Below, one piece after another: positions 19,423 through 28,894 of a DNA stretch of 64,000 nt (position 1 is the stretch's first letter; the number at the start of each line of letters is the position of its first letter). The notes below the pieces were generated by a model, which worked only from the letters and a program-made list of their open reading frames with translations, searched no databases and had not been told where the DNA came from. The DNA comes from a bacterium (GTDB lineage Bacteria > UBA8248): assembly GCA_963692865.2 (NCBI GenBank), contig OY843592.1, forward strand, positions 576,001 to 640,000, read 5' to 3'. A program made the position numbers and the translations under genes.

Positions 19423-19452
19423 TTGAAAATTCTCTCGCTTATCCTTTAGACT
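19423..19452 (+). promoter_or_regulatory. Candidate sigma-70 promoter of the cox operon
   Basis: TTGAAA-N18-TAGACT, ~100 bp upstream of coxB. Confidence 0.4.
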
Positions 19453-19556
19453 CAGGCTTGCGTTGGAGAAAACCACCTATTTTTCGCGGCTTCGTGGGGG
19501 GCTCGCCTTCCTGATCCGCCAAGTACGCATCGAGTTCCCGGAGGATACGCTTCATC

Positions 19557-20225
19557 ATGATGAGTTGGCTCCCGGAAAACATCTCTGTCGAAGGAGAGGA
19601 AATCGATTTTCTCTTCTACATCTCCTACTACCTGACGGTGGTCGTCTTCATCCTCGTCGCCGTCGCCATGGGGTATTTCATCATCAAATACCGCGCCAGG
19701 CCGGGCGTGAAGGCGAAATACACGCACGGCAACAATGTGCTGGAAATCCTCTGGACGGTGATCCCCACCTTCATTCTGCTCGTGTTCGTCCTGATGACGC
19801 AGACCTCCTGGGCGAAGCTCAAGCTGGCGATCCCCCAGAACCCCCACGTGCGCGTGGAAGTGACCGGCAAACAGTTCAACTGGATCGTCCGCTACCCGGG
19901 AGACGACAGGAAATTCGGCACCAAGGACGATCTGGTGCTCGACAATCAGTTGAACGTGCCCGTGAACAAGCAAGTGTTCATCGCGCTCAAGGGGGCGGAC
20001 GTCATTCACAGCTTCTTCATCCCCCAGGCCCGCATGAAGCAGGACGTGGTTCCGGGCCGGACGATTCCGCTGTGGTTCACGCCGACCAAGGTGGGCAAAT
20101 ACGAAATCCCCTGCGCCGAGCTTTGCGGCTTCGGCCACTCCGGCATGAACGGTGAGTTCATCGTCCACTCCGAGGCGGACTACGCGAAGTGGCGCAAGAA
20201 GGCCTGGGCGGAGAAAGACAAATAA
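19557..20225 (+). CDS. coxB: Cytochrome c oxidase subunit II (CuA; no fused cytochrome c)
   Basis: LEILWTVIP, DVIHSF, CAELCGFGHSGM. Confidence 0.96.
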   Translation: MMSWLPENISVEGEEIDFLFYISYYLTVVVFILVAVAMGYFIIKYRARPGVKAKYTHGNNVLEILWTVIPTFILLVFVLMTQTSWAKLKLAIPQNPHVRVEVTGKQFNWIVRYPGDDRKFGTKDDLVLDNQLNVPVNKQVFIALKGADVIHSFFIPQARMKQDVVPGRTIPLWFTPTKVGKYEIPCAELCGFGHSGMNGEFIVHSEADYAKWRKKAWAEKDK

Positions 20226-20324
20226 GCGGCCGTATTCACGAGGGCGCGCGCCCTCTTTATATCTTGAACGCGTCGGCGGAAGCATTTCTCCGATAAACCA
20301 AACTCACGAAGGATTCAGGAAACC

Positions 20325-22286
20325 ATGAGCGAAACCACGGCAGACGCGCACGGCGCCCACGACCACCACGAAGGTGGGTTCTGGAGCACATACGTCTTCT
20401 CGCTGGACCACAAGATGATCGCCAGGCAGTTCCTCTGGCTCGGCCTCATCATGATGGTCGTGGGCGGAATTCTCGCCCTGATCTTCCGCTGGCAGCTCGC
20501 CTGGCCGGAAACACAGGTCTGGGGCTTCGAGTGGATATCGGACGAGAGCGAAGGGATGCCCGAGGGCTACGTCACGCCGAACTTCTACAACATGGCGGTC
20601 ACCATGCACGCGACGATCATGGTGTTCCTGGTCGTGATGCCGATTCTCGTGGGCTGTTTCGGGAACTTCCTCATCCCGCTGATGATCGGGGCGCGCGACA
20701 TGGCGTTCCCGGTGCTGAACATGCTCTCCTTCTGGGTCGCCGTTCTGGGCGCCGTCATCATGACCGCCGGATTCCTGGTCGAGGGAGGACACGCCGCTTC
20801 CGGCTGGACCGGCTACGCGCCGTTATCCACCGTGCCGGAATACACCGGCGTCTTCATGGGACAGACGCTATGGGCGTTAAGTCTGTTCGTGCTCAGTTTC
20901 TCTTCGCTCATGGGCTCGATCAACTACATCACCACGCTCATCAACATGCGCACCGAGGGCATGACCTGGTTCCGGGTGCCGCTCGTCGTCTGGTCTTTGT
21001 TCGTCACCGCCATCCTGGGCCTGCTGGCGCTGCCCGTCCTGGGATCCGCCGCCGCCATGATGATCTTCGACCGCGTGTTCGAGACCAGCTTCTTCAACCC
21101 CGCGAAGGGGGGAGAACCCCTCCTTTGGCAGCACCTGTTCTGGTACTTCGGCCACCCGGAAGTCTACATCCTCATCCTTCCGGGCATGGGCATCGCTTCG
21201 GAGTTGCTGCCCGTTTTCTGCAGAAAACCGATCTTCGGCTACCGGGCCATGGTGTACGCCATGCTCGCCATCGCCTTCCTGTCGTGGATCGTCTGGGGCC
21301 ACCACATGTTCCAGTCCGGCATGAACCCGGCGCTTGGTTCGGCCTTCATGATGACGACGCTCGTCATCGCGATACCATCGGCGATCAAGACCTTCAACTG
21401 GCTGGGCACCCTGTGGGGCGGTTCGATCCGCTTCACCGTGCCGATGCTCCACGCCCTGGCCTTCGTCATCCTGTTCGTCATCGGCGGGCTGAGCGGCATC
21501 TTCATGGCCTCGAACGTGGTGGACATCTACATCCACGACACCTACTTCATCGTGGCGCATTTCCACTACGTCATCTTCGGCGGAAGCGTATTCGCGCTCT
21601 TCGGCGGCATACAGCACTGGTTCCCGAAAATGTTCGGACGCTCGATGGACGAGGCCCTGGGCAAGGTGCACTTCTGGCTCACGTTCATCTTCTTCAACCT
21701 GGTGTTCTTCCCGATGCACATTCTCGGCGTGGGCGGCCACATGCGGCGCATCTACAACCCCATGCAGTACGAGTTCCTGCAGGGGATGCAGCCGATCAAC
21801 GTGATGATCACCCTTTCGGCGCTTGCGCTGGGACTCTCGCAGATTCCCTTCGTGTTCAACTTCTTCGCCACCGTCTTCCGCTGGAACACGAAGTGGTTCC
21901 GCGTGCTCACCCAAGTGGTCTCGGCCATAATAGTCGGCTTCATCGGCTACAAGAGCGTGGCGGTGATGTTCGAGGGCCTGATGGAGCCCGAAGCCTCGAC
22001 GGGCGGGCGCATCGCGGGAACTATCGTCGCCATCGCGCTTGCGGTGTGGATCTACCGCTATCTGGAGAAGAACATGGCTCCGCTGGGCGCCGACGCGCCC
22101 CAGAATCCCTGGGACGCCAACACGCTCGAATGGGTGGCGCCCACGCCGGCGCCGCACGGGAACTTCGGCCCCACGCTGCCGGTGGTCCGGCGCGGGCCCT
22201 ATGAATACAGCGTTCCCGGCGAGGAAGCGGACTGGGCACCGCAGACCGAAGCCATCGACCCTGCGCTGGCCGAAGCCGGACACTAG
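20325..22286 (+). CDS. coxA: Cytochrome c oxidase subunit I, A1 type
   Basis: LDHK, TMHA, WYFGHPEVY, VWGHHMF, AHFHY, MRRIY. Confidence 0.97.
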   Translation: MSETTADAHGAHDHHEGGFWSTYVFSLDHKMIARQFLWLGLIMMVVGGILALIFRWQLAWPETQVWGFEWISDESEGMPEGYVTPNFYNMAVTMHATIMVFLVVMPILVGCFGNFLIPLMIGARDMAFPVLNMLSFWVAVLGAVIMTAGFLVEGGHAASGWTGYAPLSTVPEYTGVFMGQTLWALSLFVLSFSSLMGSINYITTLINMRTEGMTWFRVPLVVWSLFVTAILGLLALPVLGSAAAMMIFDRVFETSFFNPAKGGEPLLWQHLFWYFGHPEVYILILPGMGIASELLPVFCRKPIFGYRAMVYAMLAIAFLSWIVWGHHMFQSGMNPALGSAFMMTTLVIAIPSAIKTFNWLGTLWGGSIRFTVPMLHALAFVILFVIGGLSGIFMASNVVDIYIHDTYFIVAHFHYVIFGGSVFALFGGIQHWFPKMFGRSMDEALGKVHFWLTFIFFNLVFFPMHILGVGGHMRRIYNPMQYEFLQGMQPINVMITLSALALGLSQIPFVFNFFATVFRWNTKWFRVLTQVVSAIIVGFIGYKSVAVMFEGLMEPEASTGGRIAGTIVAIALAVWIYRYLEKNMAPLGADAPQNPWDANTLEWVAPTPAPHGNFGPTLPVVRRGPYEYSVPGEEADWAPQTEAIDPALAEAGH

Positions 22287-22321
22287 CGCGCCGCAGCAAA
22301 CCATCCCGGGAGAGAACGCGC

Positions 22322-23266
22322 ATGGCGCCTGACAGCCGTGCCGGCCTTCCCGCCGCGAAAGGGGGAGGCTGGCCCCATCGTTTCGCCGTCCTCACCTGCG
22401 TCTTCACCGTCGTGCTCATCCTCGCAGGCGGTCTGGTGACGAGCACGGGTTCGGGCCTCGCGGTTCCCGACTGGCCCACCACGTTCGGCTACAACATGTT
22501 CCTCTTCCCGTGGTCGAAGATGGTGGGCGGCGTTTTCATCGAACACTCACACCGCCTGTTCGGCTCGCTGGTGGGAATTCTCACCATCCTGACGGCCGCC
22601 GCCATCTGGAAAACCGACGAGCGCAAATGGATGCGTCGGCTGGGCGCGTTCGCGGTCGGCCTGGTGATTTTACAGGGCGTACTCGGCGGCATGCGGGTGG
22701 TGCTCATCAAACTCAACCTGGCCATCGTCCACGCCTGCGTCGCGCAAGTTTTCTTCGGCCTCATGGTAAGTATGGCGCTTCTGACTTCCAAAGGTTGGCG
22801 AGAGGATGCCGGAGGAGGAAACGACAGAGGGCTGGCGAGACTGGGCCTCATCACGGTGCTGCTGCTCTACGTGCAGATCATCTTCGGCGCCGTGCTGCGC
22901 CATACCGGCAACAGGCTCGACGCCCATTTGCTCTTCGCGGCGCTGAGCGGCATCCACGTCATCATGGTCTCTTACAAGATACTGAAGCTGCCCAACCCGG
23001 GCGCGCTCGCGAAAGAGGCGAACTGCCTCTGGGTTCTGTTGATCGTCCAGCTTGCGCTCGGCGGGGCGTCCTGGGTCGGGAAATACGCCGCCATGGGCGA
23101 GGCCTTCTCTCCCGGACTCATCATCGCGATCACCTCCGCCCACGTCGTGGTGGGGGCGATGCTCTTCGCGGCCTCGCTCGTCGTGGCCCTTCGCCTGAAC
23201 AAGGGCGCGCTGTTCGCTCTCAAGACCCCCGAAGCGCCCGTAGCGGCGGGAGGCGCGCGCGCATGA
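22322..23266 (+). CDS. ctaA: Heme A synthase (COX15/CtaA)
   Basis: GGLVTSTGSGLAVPDWP, EHSHR, further conserved His residues. Confidence 0.93.
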   Translation: MAPDSRAGLPAAKGGGWPHRFAVLTCVFTVVLILAGGLVTSTGSGLAVPDWPTTFGYNMFLFPWSKMVGGVFIEHSHRLFGSLVGILTILTAAAIWKTDERKWMRRLGAFAVGLVILQGVLGGMRVVLIKLNLAIVHACVAQVFFGLMVSMALLTSKGWREDAGGGNDRGLARLGLITVLLLYVQIIFGAVLRHTGNRLDAHLLFAALSGIHVIMVSYKILKLPNPGALAKEANCLWVLLIVQLALGGASWVGKYAAMGEAFSPGLIIAITSAHVVVGAMLFAASLVVALRLNKGALFALKTPEAPVAAGGARA

Positions 23267-24153
23267 CGGATTTCCGCACCGAGGCGATGAATCTCGACGC
23301 CGCCAAGAGAAGGGCGGTGGATTATCTCGAACTCACCAAGCCGCGCATCCTGCCGATGGTGCTGGTCGTCACCGCCGCTGGCTTCTACCTCGCCTCGGGC
23401 GCAGGGCTTGAAATCATCTTGCTCATCCACACGCTCATCGGCTCGGCCCTGGCGACGGGCGGCGCGCTCGCCCTGAACCAGGCATCGGAAGAAGACCTCG
23501 ACGCGCGGATGACCCGCACGCAAAAACGCCCGCTGCCCGATGGGCGCCTTCTGAAGTTCGACGCGCTCCTTTTCGGCTCCGCCGTCATGCTCCTGGGCGT
23601 GGCCTATCTGGCCGTTTTCGTAAACCCCTTTACGGCGCTCCTCATCGCGGCCACCGGCGGACTGTATCTGTTCATCTACACGCCGCTCAAGCGCACGACC
23701 TCTCTCAACAGCGTGGTGGGCGCGGTTCCGGGCGCCATGCCGCCGGTCATCGGCTGGGCGGCGGCGACTGGCGCGCTCTCAATCGAGGCGTTCGTGGTGT
23801 TCTGCATCATGTTCCTCTGGCAGATACCCCACGCGCTGGCGATCGCCGTGATGTACCGAGAGGATTTCGCGCGGGCGGACATCAAGCTCTTGCCCATCGA
23901 GGACCCCGGAGGAGCCAGCACCGGCAGGCAGGTCATATCCTACTGCATGGCGCTCGTTCCCGCGGGCATGGCGCCGGCTCTCATCGGCATGGCGGGTCCC
24001 GTCTACTTCGCGGTCTCCACGGTGCTGGGCCTCGTCTATCTCGGCTACGGCGTTAACATGGCCAGAGAAAAAGGGCTTAGGTCCGCGAGGCGTCTGTTCT
24101 ACTACTCGCTGATTTATCTGCCGGCGCTCCTACTGGCGATGATTTTCGGTTGA
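23263..24153 (+). CDS. ctaB: Protoheme IX farnesyltransferase (heme O synthase)
   Basis: LTKPRI, DARMTRTQKRPLP, YTPLKR, GAVPGAMPP, WQIPH; ATGA overlap with ctaA. Confidence 0.95.
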   Translation: MTDFRTEAMNLDAAKRRAVDYLELTKPRILPMVLVVTAAGFYLASGAGLEIILLIHTLIGSALATGGALALNQASEEDLDARMTRTQKRPLPDGRLLKFDALLFGSAVMLLGVAYLAVFVNPFTALLIAATGGLYLFIYTPLKRTTSLNSVVGAVPGAMPPVIGWAAATGALSIEAFVVFCIMFLWQIPHALAIAVMYREDFARADIKLLPIEDPGGASTGRQVISYCMALVPAGMAPALIGMAGPVYFAVSTVLGLVYLGYGVNMAREKGLRSARRLFYYSLIYLPALLLAMIFG

Positions 24154-24161
24154 GGCTGCCG

Positions 24162-24272
24162 ATGGACAAGCCGCAAACCAGGAGCAGGATCCGGCTCACC
24201 GGGGTGCTTCTTTTTCTCTTCATCGTGTGCCTGGCCGCGTTCGCGTGGACCGTGGCCATCATCAGGAATTAG
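24162..24272 (+). CDS. 36-aa single-TM peptide (not in the ORF track)
   Basis: MDKPQTRSRIRLTGVLLFLFIVCLAAFAWTVAIIRN*, GAGG upstream, fills the ctaB-coxC gap. Confidence 0.55.
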   Translation: MDKPQTRSRIRLTGVLLFLFIVCLAAFAWTVAIIRN

Positions 24273-24287
24273 AGAGGAGGGGTTTCG

Positions 24288-24983
24288 TTGAATCCGGTAC
24301 TCGAAGCGCCTCCGAAAGAAAAACTCGAGCGCTGGGAAGGCGCGCCGCCTCCGCCGGAACCGCCCGATGGCAACGGGGGTAACGGAAATGGCGGAGGTGA
24401 CGAATCCCAGGGTTCGTCTCCCGCCGGAAAACCCGTGCTCGGAAACACCCAGCTCGCCATGCTGGTCCTGATTGCGGCAGAAGTTATGTTCTTCTCGGGC
24501 CTGATAGGCGCCTTCCTGGTCTTTCGTTTCAGCGGAAAGCCCTGGCCGCCGCCCTTTCAGCCGCGCCTGCCGGTGGAAGTCACCGCCCTCAACACAGCCT
24601 TCCTTCTGCTGAGCAGCTACACGATGGTACGAGCGCAGCTTGCGCTCAAAAGAGGCGACGCGAAGGCCCTGCCGCGACTGCTCACCATCACGGGCGCTCT
24701 AGGGGTGGTCTTTCTGACCATACAAGGTTATGAGTGGGTTCGCCTCGTCAACTTCGGGCTCTCCGCATCGGCGAACGTCTACGGCTCGCTCTTCTACACC
24801 ATCATCGGAACGCACGGGTTTCACGTGCTGAGCGCGGTCGTCTGGCTGGTCGCGGTGCTCGTCCGCGCGCATATGGGGAGGTACTCCGCCCGCAATCCGA
24901 ACGGCGTCGTCGCATGCGCGATGTACTGGCATCTGGTGGTGGGGCTTTGGCCGATTCTGTTCTATCTGGTCTACCTGCTGTAG
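24288..24983 (+). CDS. coxC: Cytochrome c oxidase subunit III, copy 1
   Basis: AEVMFF, NTAFLLLSS, FYTIIGTHGFHV, YWHLV. Confidence 0.92.
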   Translation: MNPVLEAPPKEKLERWEGAPPPPEPPDGNGGNGNGGGDESQGSSPAGKPVLGNTQLAMLVLIAAEVMFFSGLIGAFLVFRFSGKPWPPPFQPRLPVEVTALNTAFLLLSSYTMVRAQLALKRGDAKALPRLLTITGALGVVFLTIQGYEWVRLVNFGLSASANVYGSLFYTIIGTHGFHVLSAVVWLVAVLVRAHMGRYSARNPNGVVACAMYWHLVVGLWPILFYLVYLL

Positions 24984-25006
24984 CGGCGCAGGAACCGCTG
25001 AAAACG

Positions 25007-25036
25007 TTGACACTTTCCAGAAGCGGGTGGCATACT
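25007..25036 (+). promoter_or_regulatory. Candidate internal sigma-70 promoter
   Basis: TTGACA-N18-CATACT with TG upstream of the -10 box. Confidence 0.5.
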
Positions 25037-25054
25037 CGCCTCAAGGAGATTCAG

Positions 25055-25291
25055 GTGAAACCAGTCGCTGCCATGCTCATCGCCACAATATCGGGCGTCG
25101 TCCTCGCAAGCCGGGACTACGCCTTCGCCTGCGCGGTGTGCGGCGTGGACTCGGAGCCGGGTTTCCTCTGGAGCATGGGATTTCTGATCAGCATGCCGTT
25201 CGTGATCGCCACGGTTACGGGCGGATATTTCGTATACAATTCCCGGCGCGCGAAGCGAGAGCCGGCGAACAAAGGCATTTTTTCCGAATAA
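25055..25291 (+). CDS. Small exported/membrane protein with CxxC
   Basis: AAGGAG RBS, GTG start; signal-like N-terminus ending AFA then CAVC, one TM helix, basic tail. Confidence 0.7.
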   Translation: MKPVAAMLIATISGVVLASRDYAFACAVCGVDSEPGFLWSMGFLISMPFVIATVTGGYFVYNSRRAKREPANKGIFSE

Positions 25292-25306
25292 GAAGGAGAA
25301 GGCGCA

Positions 25307-25930
25307 GTGACTGATGCCGCCGCCGTGGATCACGCCCACGGAGTGGAACCAGCGGAAACGCCGCTTACCCCCGAAAGCTGGGGCAAGCTGGGGATGTGGG
25401 TATTTCTGGCGGGCGACGCCATGTCGTTCGGAACCTTGTTGGCGGGCTACGCCATCATGCGGGGCAACAGCGCGAACTGGCCTGTGCCCGTGGACGTGCT
25501 GGGCATCTCGCTCACCGCCTTCATGACGTTCCTGCTCATATGCAGCAGCGTGACGATGGTGAAGGGCCTGGACGCCATCAAGAGAGGCGATCAGGAGGGG
25601 CTGGTCAAGTATATGTGGCTCACCGTGGGCGGCGGCCTCATCTTCCTGGCTCTGCAGGCCTATGAGTGGACCCACCTGATTAACTTGGGGTTGGGCCTTG
25701 CCGGCAACAAGTGGGGCGACAGCCTCTTCGGCACGACCTTCTACATCATTACGGGCTTCCACGGAATGCACGTGACCGGCGGCGTCATCTATCTGGCCGT
25801 CATCGCGATGCGCGGCAAAAAGGGCGTTTATTCGGCGACGAACTGGAACGAGGTGGAAATCGCGGGCCTCTACTGGCACTTCGTGGACCTCGTCTGGATT
25901 CTCGTCTTCACGTTCATCTATCTGCTGTAA
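25307..25930 (+). CDS. coxC: Cytochrome c oxidase subunit III, copy 2
   Basis: GKLGMWVFLAGD, TGFHGMHV, GLYWHFVDLVW. Confidence 0.93.
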   Translation: MTDAAAVDHAHGVEPAETPLTPESWGKLGMWVFLAGDAMSFGTLLAGYAIMRGNSANWPVPVDVLGISLTAFMTFLLICSSVTMVKGLDAIKRGDQEGLVKYMWLTVGGGLIFLALQAYEWTHLINLGLGLAGNKWGDSLFGTTFYIITGFHGMHVTGGVIYLAVIAMRGKKGVYSATNWNEVEIAGLYWHFVDLVWILVFTFIYLL

Positions 25931-25986
25931 CCATCCGGCGCGCGCCCAGGGCGCGCGCCGTTCGTTCGAGGGAGAGCACATACATC

Positions 25987-26283
25987 ATGGCGAGCGACAG
26001 CCACGCGCAACACGACGATCACCACGTGAACTACATGGCCATCTTCTGGTGGCTCCTGGCGCTCACGATACTCGAAGTCCTGGCGGGCATACCCCAGGCG
26101 AGTCCCGCCTATCCGCAGCTTCTGAAGGGGGCGCTTCTCGTCATCATGGCCGTGGCCAAGGCGGCGCTCGTGGGGCTTTACTTCATGCACCTGAGGTTCG
26201 AGAAACTGACGCTGGGCTTCATCGCCATGATACCGCTCATCCTGTGCGTGTTCGTCGTGCTGATGGTGCTGCCGGATTTCTAG
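25987..26283 (+). CDS. ctaF: Cytochrome c oxidase subunit IV (prokaryotic)
   Basis: LLALTILEV, KAALVGLYFMHLRFE. Confidence 0.88.
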   Translation: MASDSHAQHDDHHVNYMAIFWWLLALTILEVLAGIPQASPAYPQLLKGALLVIMAVAKAALVGLYFMHLRFEKLTLGFIAMIPLILCVFVVLMVLPDF

Positions 26284-26327
26284 GCCGCTCCCGCTAGCCG
26301 CCGGACGTTTCAAAATATAAATCATTC

Positions 26328-26753
26328 ATGTCGCTTCGAGATCTGCCCACCCTGAACGCCTTGTTGAACGCCACCAGCGCATTCCTGCTCATGGCGGGGG
26401 TAAGGCGCATCTACGTGAAAAACGTGGAAGCCCACAAGCGCTTCATGGTGAGCGCGTTCATCGTCTCCACCTTGTTTCTCGTCTCCTATCTCGTCTATCA
26501 CTTCAACGTGGGCTCGGTGGGCTTCACCGGTACGGGCTGGGTTCGCAAGGTGTATTTCTTCATCCTCATCACGCATTCGACCCTGGCCGTCCTGGTGCCG
26601 CCCATGGCGATCATCACCCTCTACAGGGCGTGGCGGGGGGATTTCGAGCGGCACCGCCGCATCGCCCGCTGGACGTACCCCATCTGGCTCTACGTCTCGT
26701 TCACCGGAGTCGCGGTCTATCTGCTCCTCTACGTTCTCTACCCGAGGGCATGA
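26328..26753 (+). CDS. DUF420 family membrane protein
   Basis: LPTLNALLN, AHKRFM, FLVSYLVYH, HRRIARWTYPIWLYVSFTG. Confidence 0.9.
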   Translation: MSLRDLPTLNALLNATSAFLLMAGVRRIYVKNVEAHKRFMVSAFIVSTLFLVSYLVYHFNVGSVGFTGTGWVRKVYFFILITHSTLAVLVPPMAIITLYRAWRGDFERHRRIARWTYPIWLYVSFTGVAVYLLLYVLYPRA

Positions 26754-27127
26754 GAGAATTCCTGCGCGCCCTGAGACGCGGGTGCGCCCTGATGTGCCCG
26801 AGATGCCCCGAACCCCTCTTCACGGGCCCGTTCCGCATGCACGAGAGATGCCCGGGCTGCGGCTACCTCATTGAGCGCGAGCAGGGCTATTTCGTCGGCG
26901 CCATCTACGTCAACTACGCCATCACGGTCATCATCTGCTTGGGAGGCTATCTGCTCACCGAAATCTTCATCGCGCCCGGTCTCGCGACGCAGCTCGTCGT
27001 CTGGGGTGGGCTTTGCATCCTGATTCCGCTATTCTCGTTCCGCTACTCCCGCGCCATCTGGCTGAACGCGGATTATTTTTTCAGCCGGAAACTCTCACCC
27101 GAAGATGATGGGGACCTACCGAAGTGA
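26750..27127 (+). CDS. DUF983 family protein (Zn ribbon plus TMs)
   Basis: CPRC...CPGCG...EREQGYFVGA; ATGA overlap. Confidence 0.85.
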   Translation: MREFLRALRRGCALMCPRCPEPLFTGPFRMHERCPGCGYLIEREQGYFVGAIYVNYAITVIICLGGYLLTEIFIAPGLATQLVVWGGLCILIPLFSFRYSRAIWLNADYFFSRKLSPEDDGDLPK

Positions 27128-28089
27128 ACTCAGACCTCGGCCCCGCTCTCGCCGTCCAGGGCGTTACCCACCGCTACGGCAGCCGCACAGCGCTCAAGGA
27201 CGTTCGCTTCGAGGTTTCAGCGGGAGAGATATTTGCGCTCCTGGGCCCGAACGGCGGCGGCAAGACGACTCTCTTCCGCATCATCACCACCCTCATGCGC
27301 CCCACCTCGGGCGACGCGCGAGTCTTCGGCCACTCGGTGCGCGACGCGCCCCACGCGGTGCGCAGGAAAATCGGGGTCGTCTTTCAGCAACCCGGCCTGG
27401 ACCCCAAGCTCACCGTATTTGAGAACATGATCCACCACGGGAGGCTCCACGGCCTGCTCGGGAGCACGCTGCAGGAGGCGGCCGACGCGCTCCTCGCGCA
27501 ATTCGGTCTTATCGACAGGAAAAAGGATTACGTCGAGACGCTTTCCGGCGGTCTTCAGCGCAGGGTGGAGCTCGCCAAGGCGCTCCTGCCCCGGCCCGAG
27601 ATATTGTTTCTCGACGAGCCCAGCACCGGCCTCGACCCCGGGGCCAGAATCGACTTCAGAAACGAACTCAAGCGATTGCGAAACGAGACGAATACCACGG
27701 TCGTTCTCACCACGCACTTCATCGGGGAGGCCGATCACGCGGACCGGGTGGGCGTCATCCACGAGGGGGACCTCGTCGCCATCGGCGCGCCCGACGCGCT
27801 CAAAAAAGAAGTGGGCGGGGAGGTGCTGAGCATCGAGGCGGGAGATCCCGAATCCCTGCGCGTGAAACTCGAAGCGATGTTCTCGTGTGAGGTCAGGAGC
27901 GTGGACGGCTCCCTGCGCGCCGAGATAAACGACGCCCACGCGGCCATCCCCAAGATCGCAGAAGCCTTCCCCGGCGAGGTGCGCTCCATCACGCTGGGCA
28001 AGCCCACGCTCGAGGACGTGTTCATCAACAAGACGGGAAAGCGCTTCATCGACGCGGATGCGGACCTCCCCGAGGCGCGGAAGTCATGA
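27124..28089 (+). CDS. ABC transporter ATP-binding protein (DrrA-like)
   Basis: GPNGGGKTT, LSGG, LDEP, TTH, C-terminal PTLEDVF. Confidence 0.95.
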   Translation: MNSDLGPALAVQGVTHRYGSRTALKDVRFEVSAGEIFALLGPNGGGKTTLFRIITTLMRPTSGDARVFGHSVRDAPHAVRRKIGVVFQQPGLDPKLTVFENMIHHGRLHGLLGSTLQEAADALLAQFGLIDRKKDYVETLSGGLQRRVELAKALLPRPEILFLDEPSTGLDPGARIDFRNELKRLRNETNTTVVLTTHFIGEADHADRVGVIHEGDLVAIGAPDALKKEVGGEVLSIEAGDPESLRVKLEAMFSCEVRSVDGSLRAEINDAHAAIPKIAEAFPGEVRSITLGKPTLEDVFINKTGKRFIDADADLPEARKS

Positions 28090-28865
28090 CGCCGTATCTG
28101 CTTTGCGCGGGCACGATATGGCAGCGCGAGATCGTGCGCTTCGTGCGCCAGCGCAGCCGCATCATCGGCGCGTTCGGCCAGCCCGTCCTGTTCTGGCTGT
28201 TGCTGGGCAGCGGCTTCGGGCGGAACTTCCGCTACGCGGGCGGCGGCGGGGAGGGCTACCTGGAATACTTCTACCCGGGCATCATCGCCATGGTGGTGCT
28301 ATTCACGGCCATATTCTCGACCTTCGCCGTGGTGGACGACAGAAAGGCCCGCTTTTTACAAGGCGTGCTCGCTGCCCCCGTTCCGCGCTCGGCCATCGTA
28401 CTGGGACAAGTCCTGGGCGGGGCGACGCTCGCGCTGCTGCAAGGCGTCCTCCTGCTCGTCGCCACGCCGCTGGCGGGCGTTCCGCTCACGCTCCAAGCCG
28501 CCCTCGCCTCGGTTCTGGTGATGGGCCTGATCGGCTTCGCCCTGACCGCGCTCGGCCTGCTTCTCGCCTGGCGGATCGAATCCACCCAGGGGTTCCACTC
28601 CATCATGAATCTCCTGCTCATCCCCTTGTGGCTGCTCTCGGGCGCGGTGTTCCCGGTCGCGGGCGCGCACCCGCTCATCGGCCTCATCATGCAGGTGAAC
28701 CCGCTCACCTACGGCGTGGCGGCTTTGAGGAGAACACTCTACCTGAGCGCGCCCGACGCCGTGGCCAACCTGCCGGGGCTCTGGATATCCCTTATCATCA
28801 TGATCGCCTTCGGCGGCGTCTGCTTCTCTCTCGCGGTGCGGACCGCCGAGCGAAGCGAGGGGTGA
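28086..28865 (+). CDS. ABC-2 type transporter permease
   Basis: Six TMs, YPGIIAM, LSGAVFP, NPLTYGV. Confidence 0.93.
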   Translation: MTPYLLCAGTIWQREIVRFVRQRSRIIGAFGQPVLFWLLLGSGFGRNFRYAGGGGEGYLEYFYPGIIAMVVLFTAIFSTFAVVDDRKARFLQGVLAAPVPRSAIVLGQVLGGATLALLQGVLLLVATPLAGVPLTLQAALASVLVMGLIGFALTALGLLLAWRIESTQGFHSIMNLLLIPLWLLSGAVFPVAGAHPLIGLIMQVNPLTYGVAALRRTLYLSAPDAVANLPGLWISLIIMIAFGGVCFSLAVRTAERSEG

Positions 28866-28894
28866 ACTCCGGCTGAAGAGGTTGGGAACGGAGA

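Noticed and set aside
25936-25960. Perfect GC palindromes in the cox operon (also 20240-20255)
   Set aside because: Likely ordinary intercistronic mRNA hairpins; too short and GC-rich to support a specific claim
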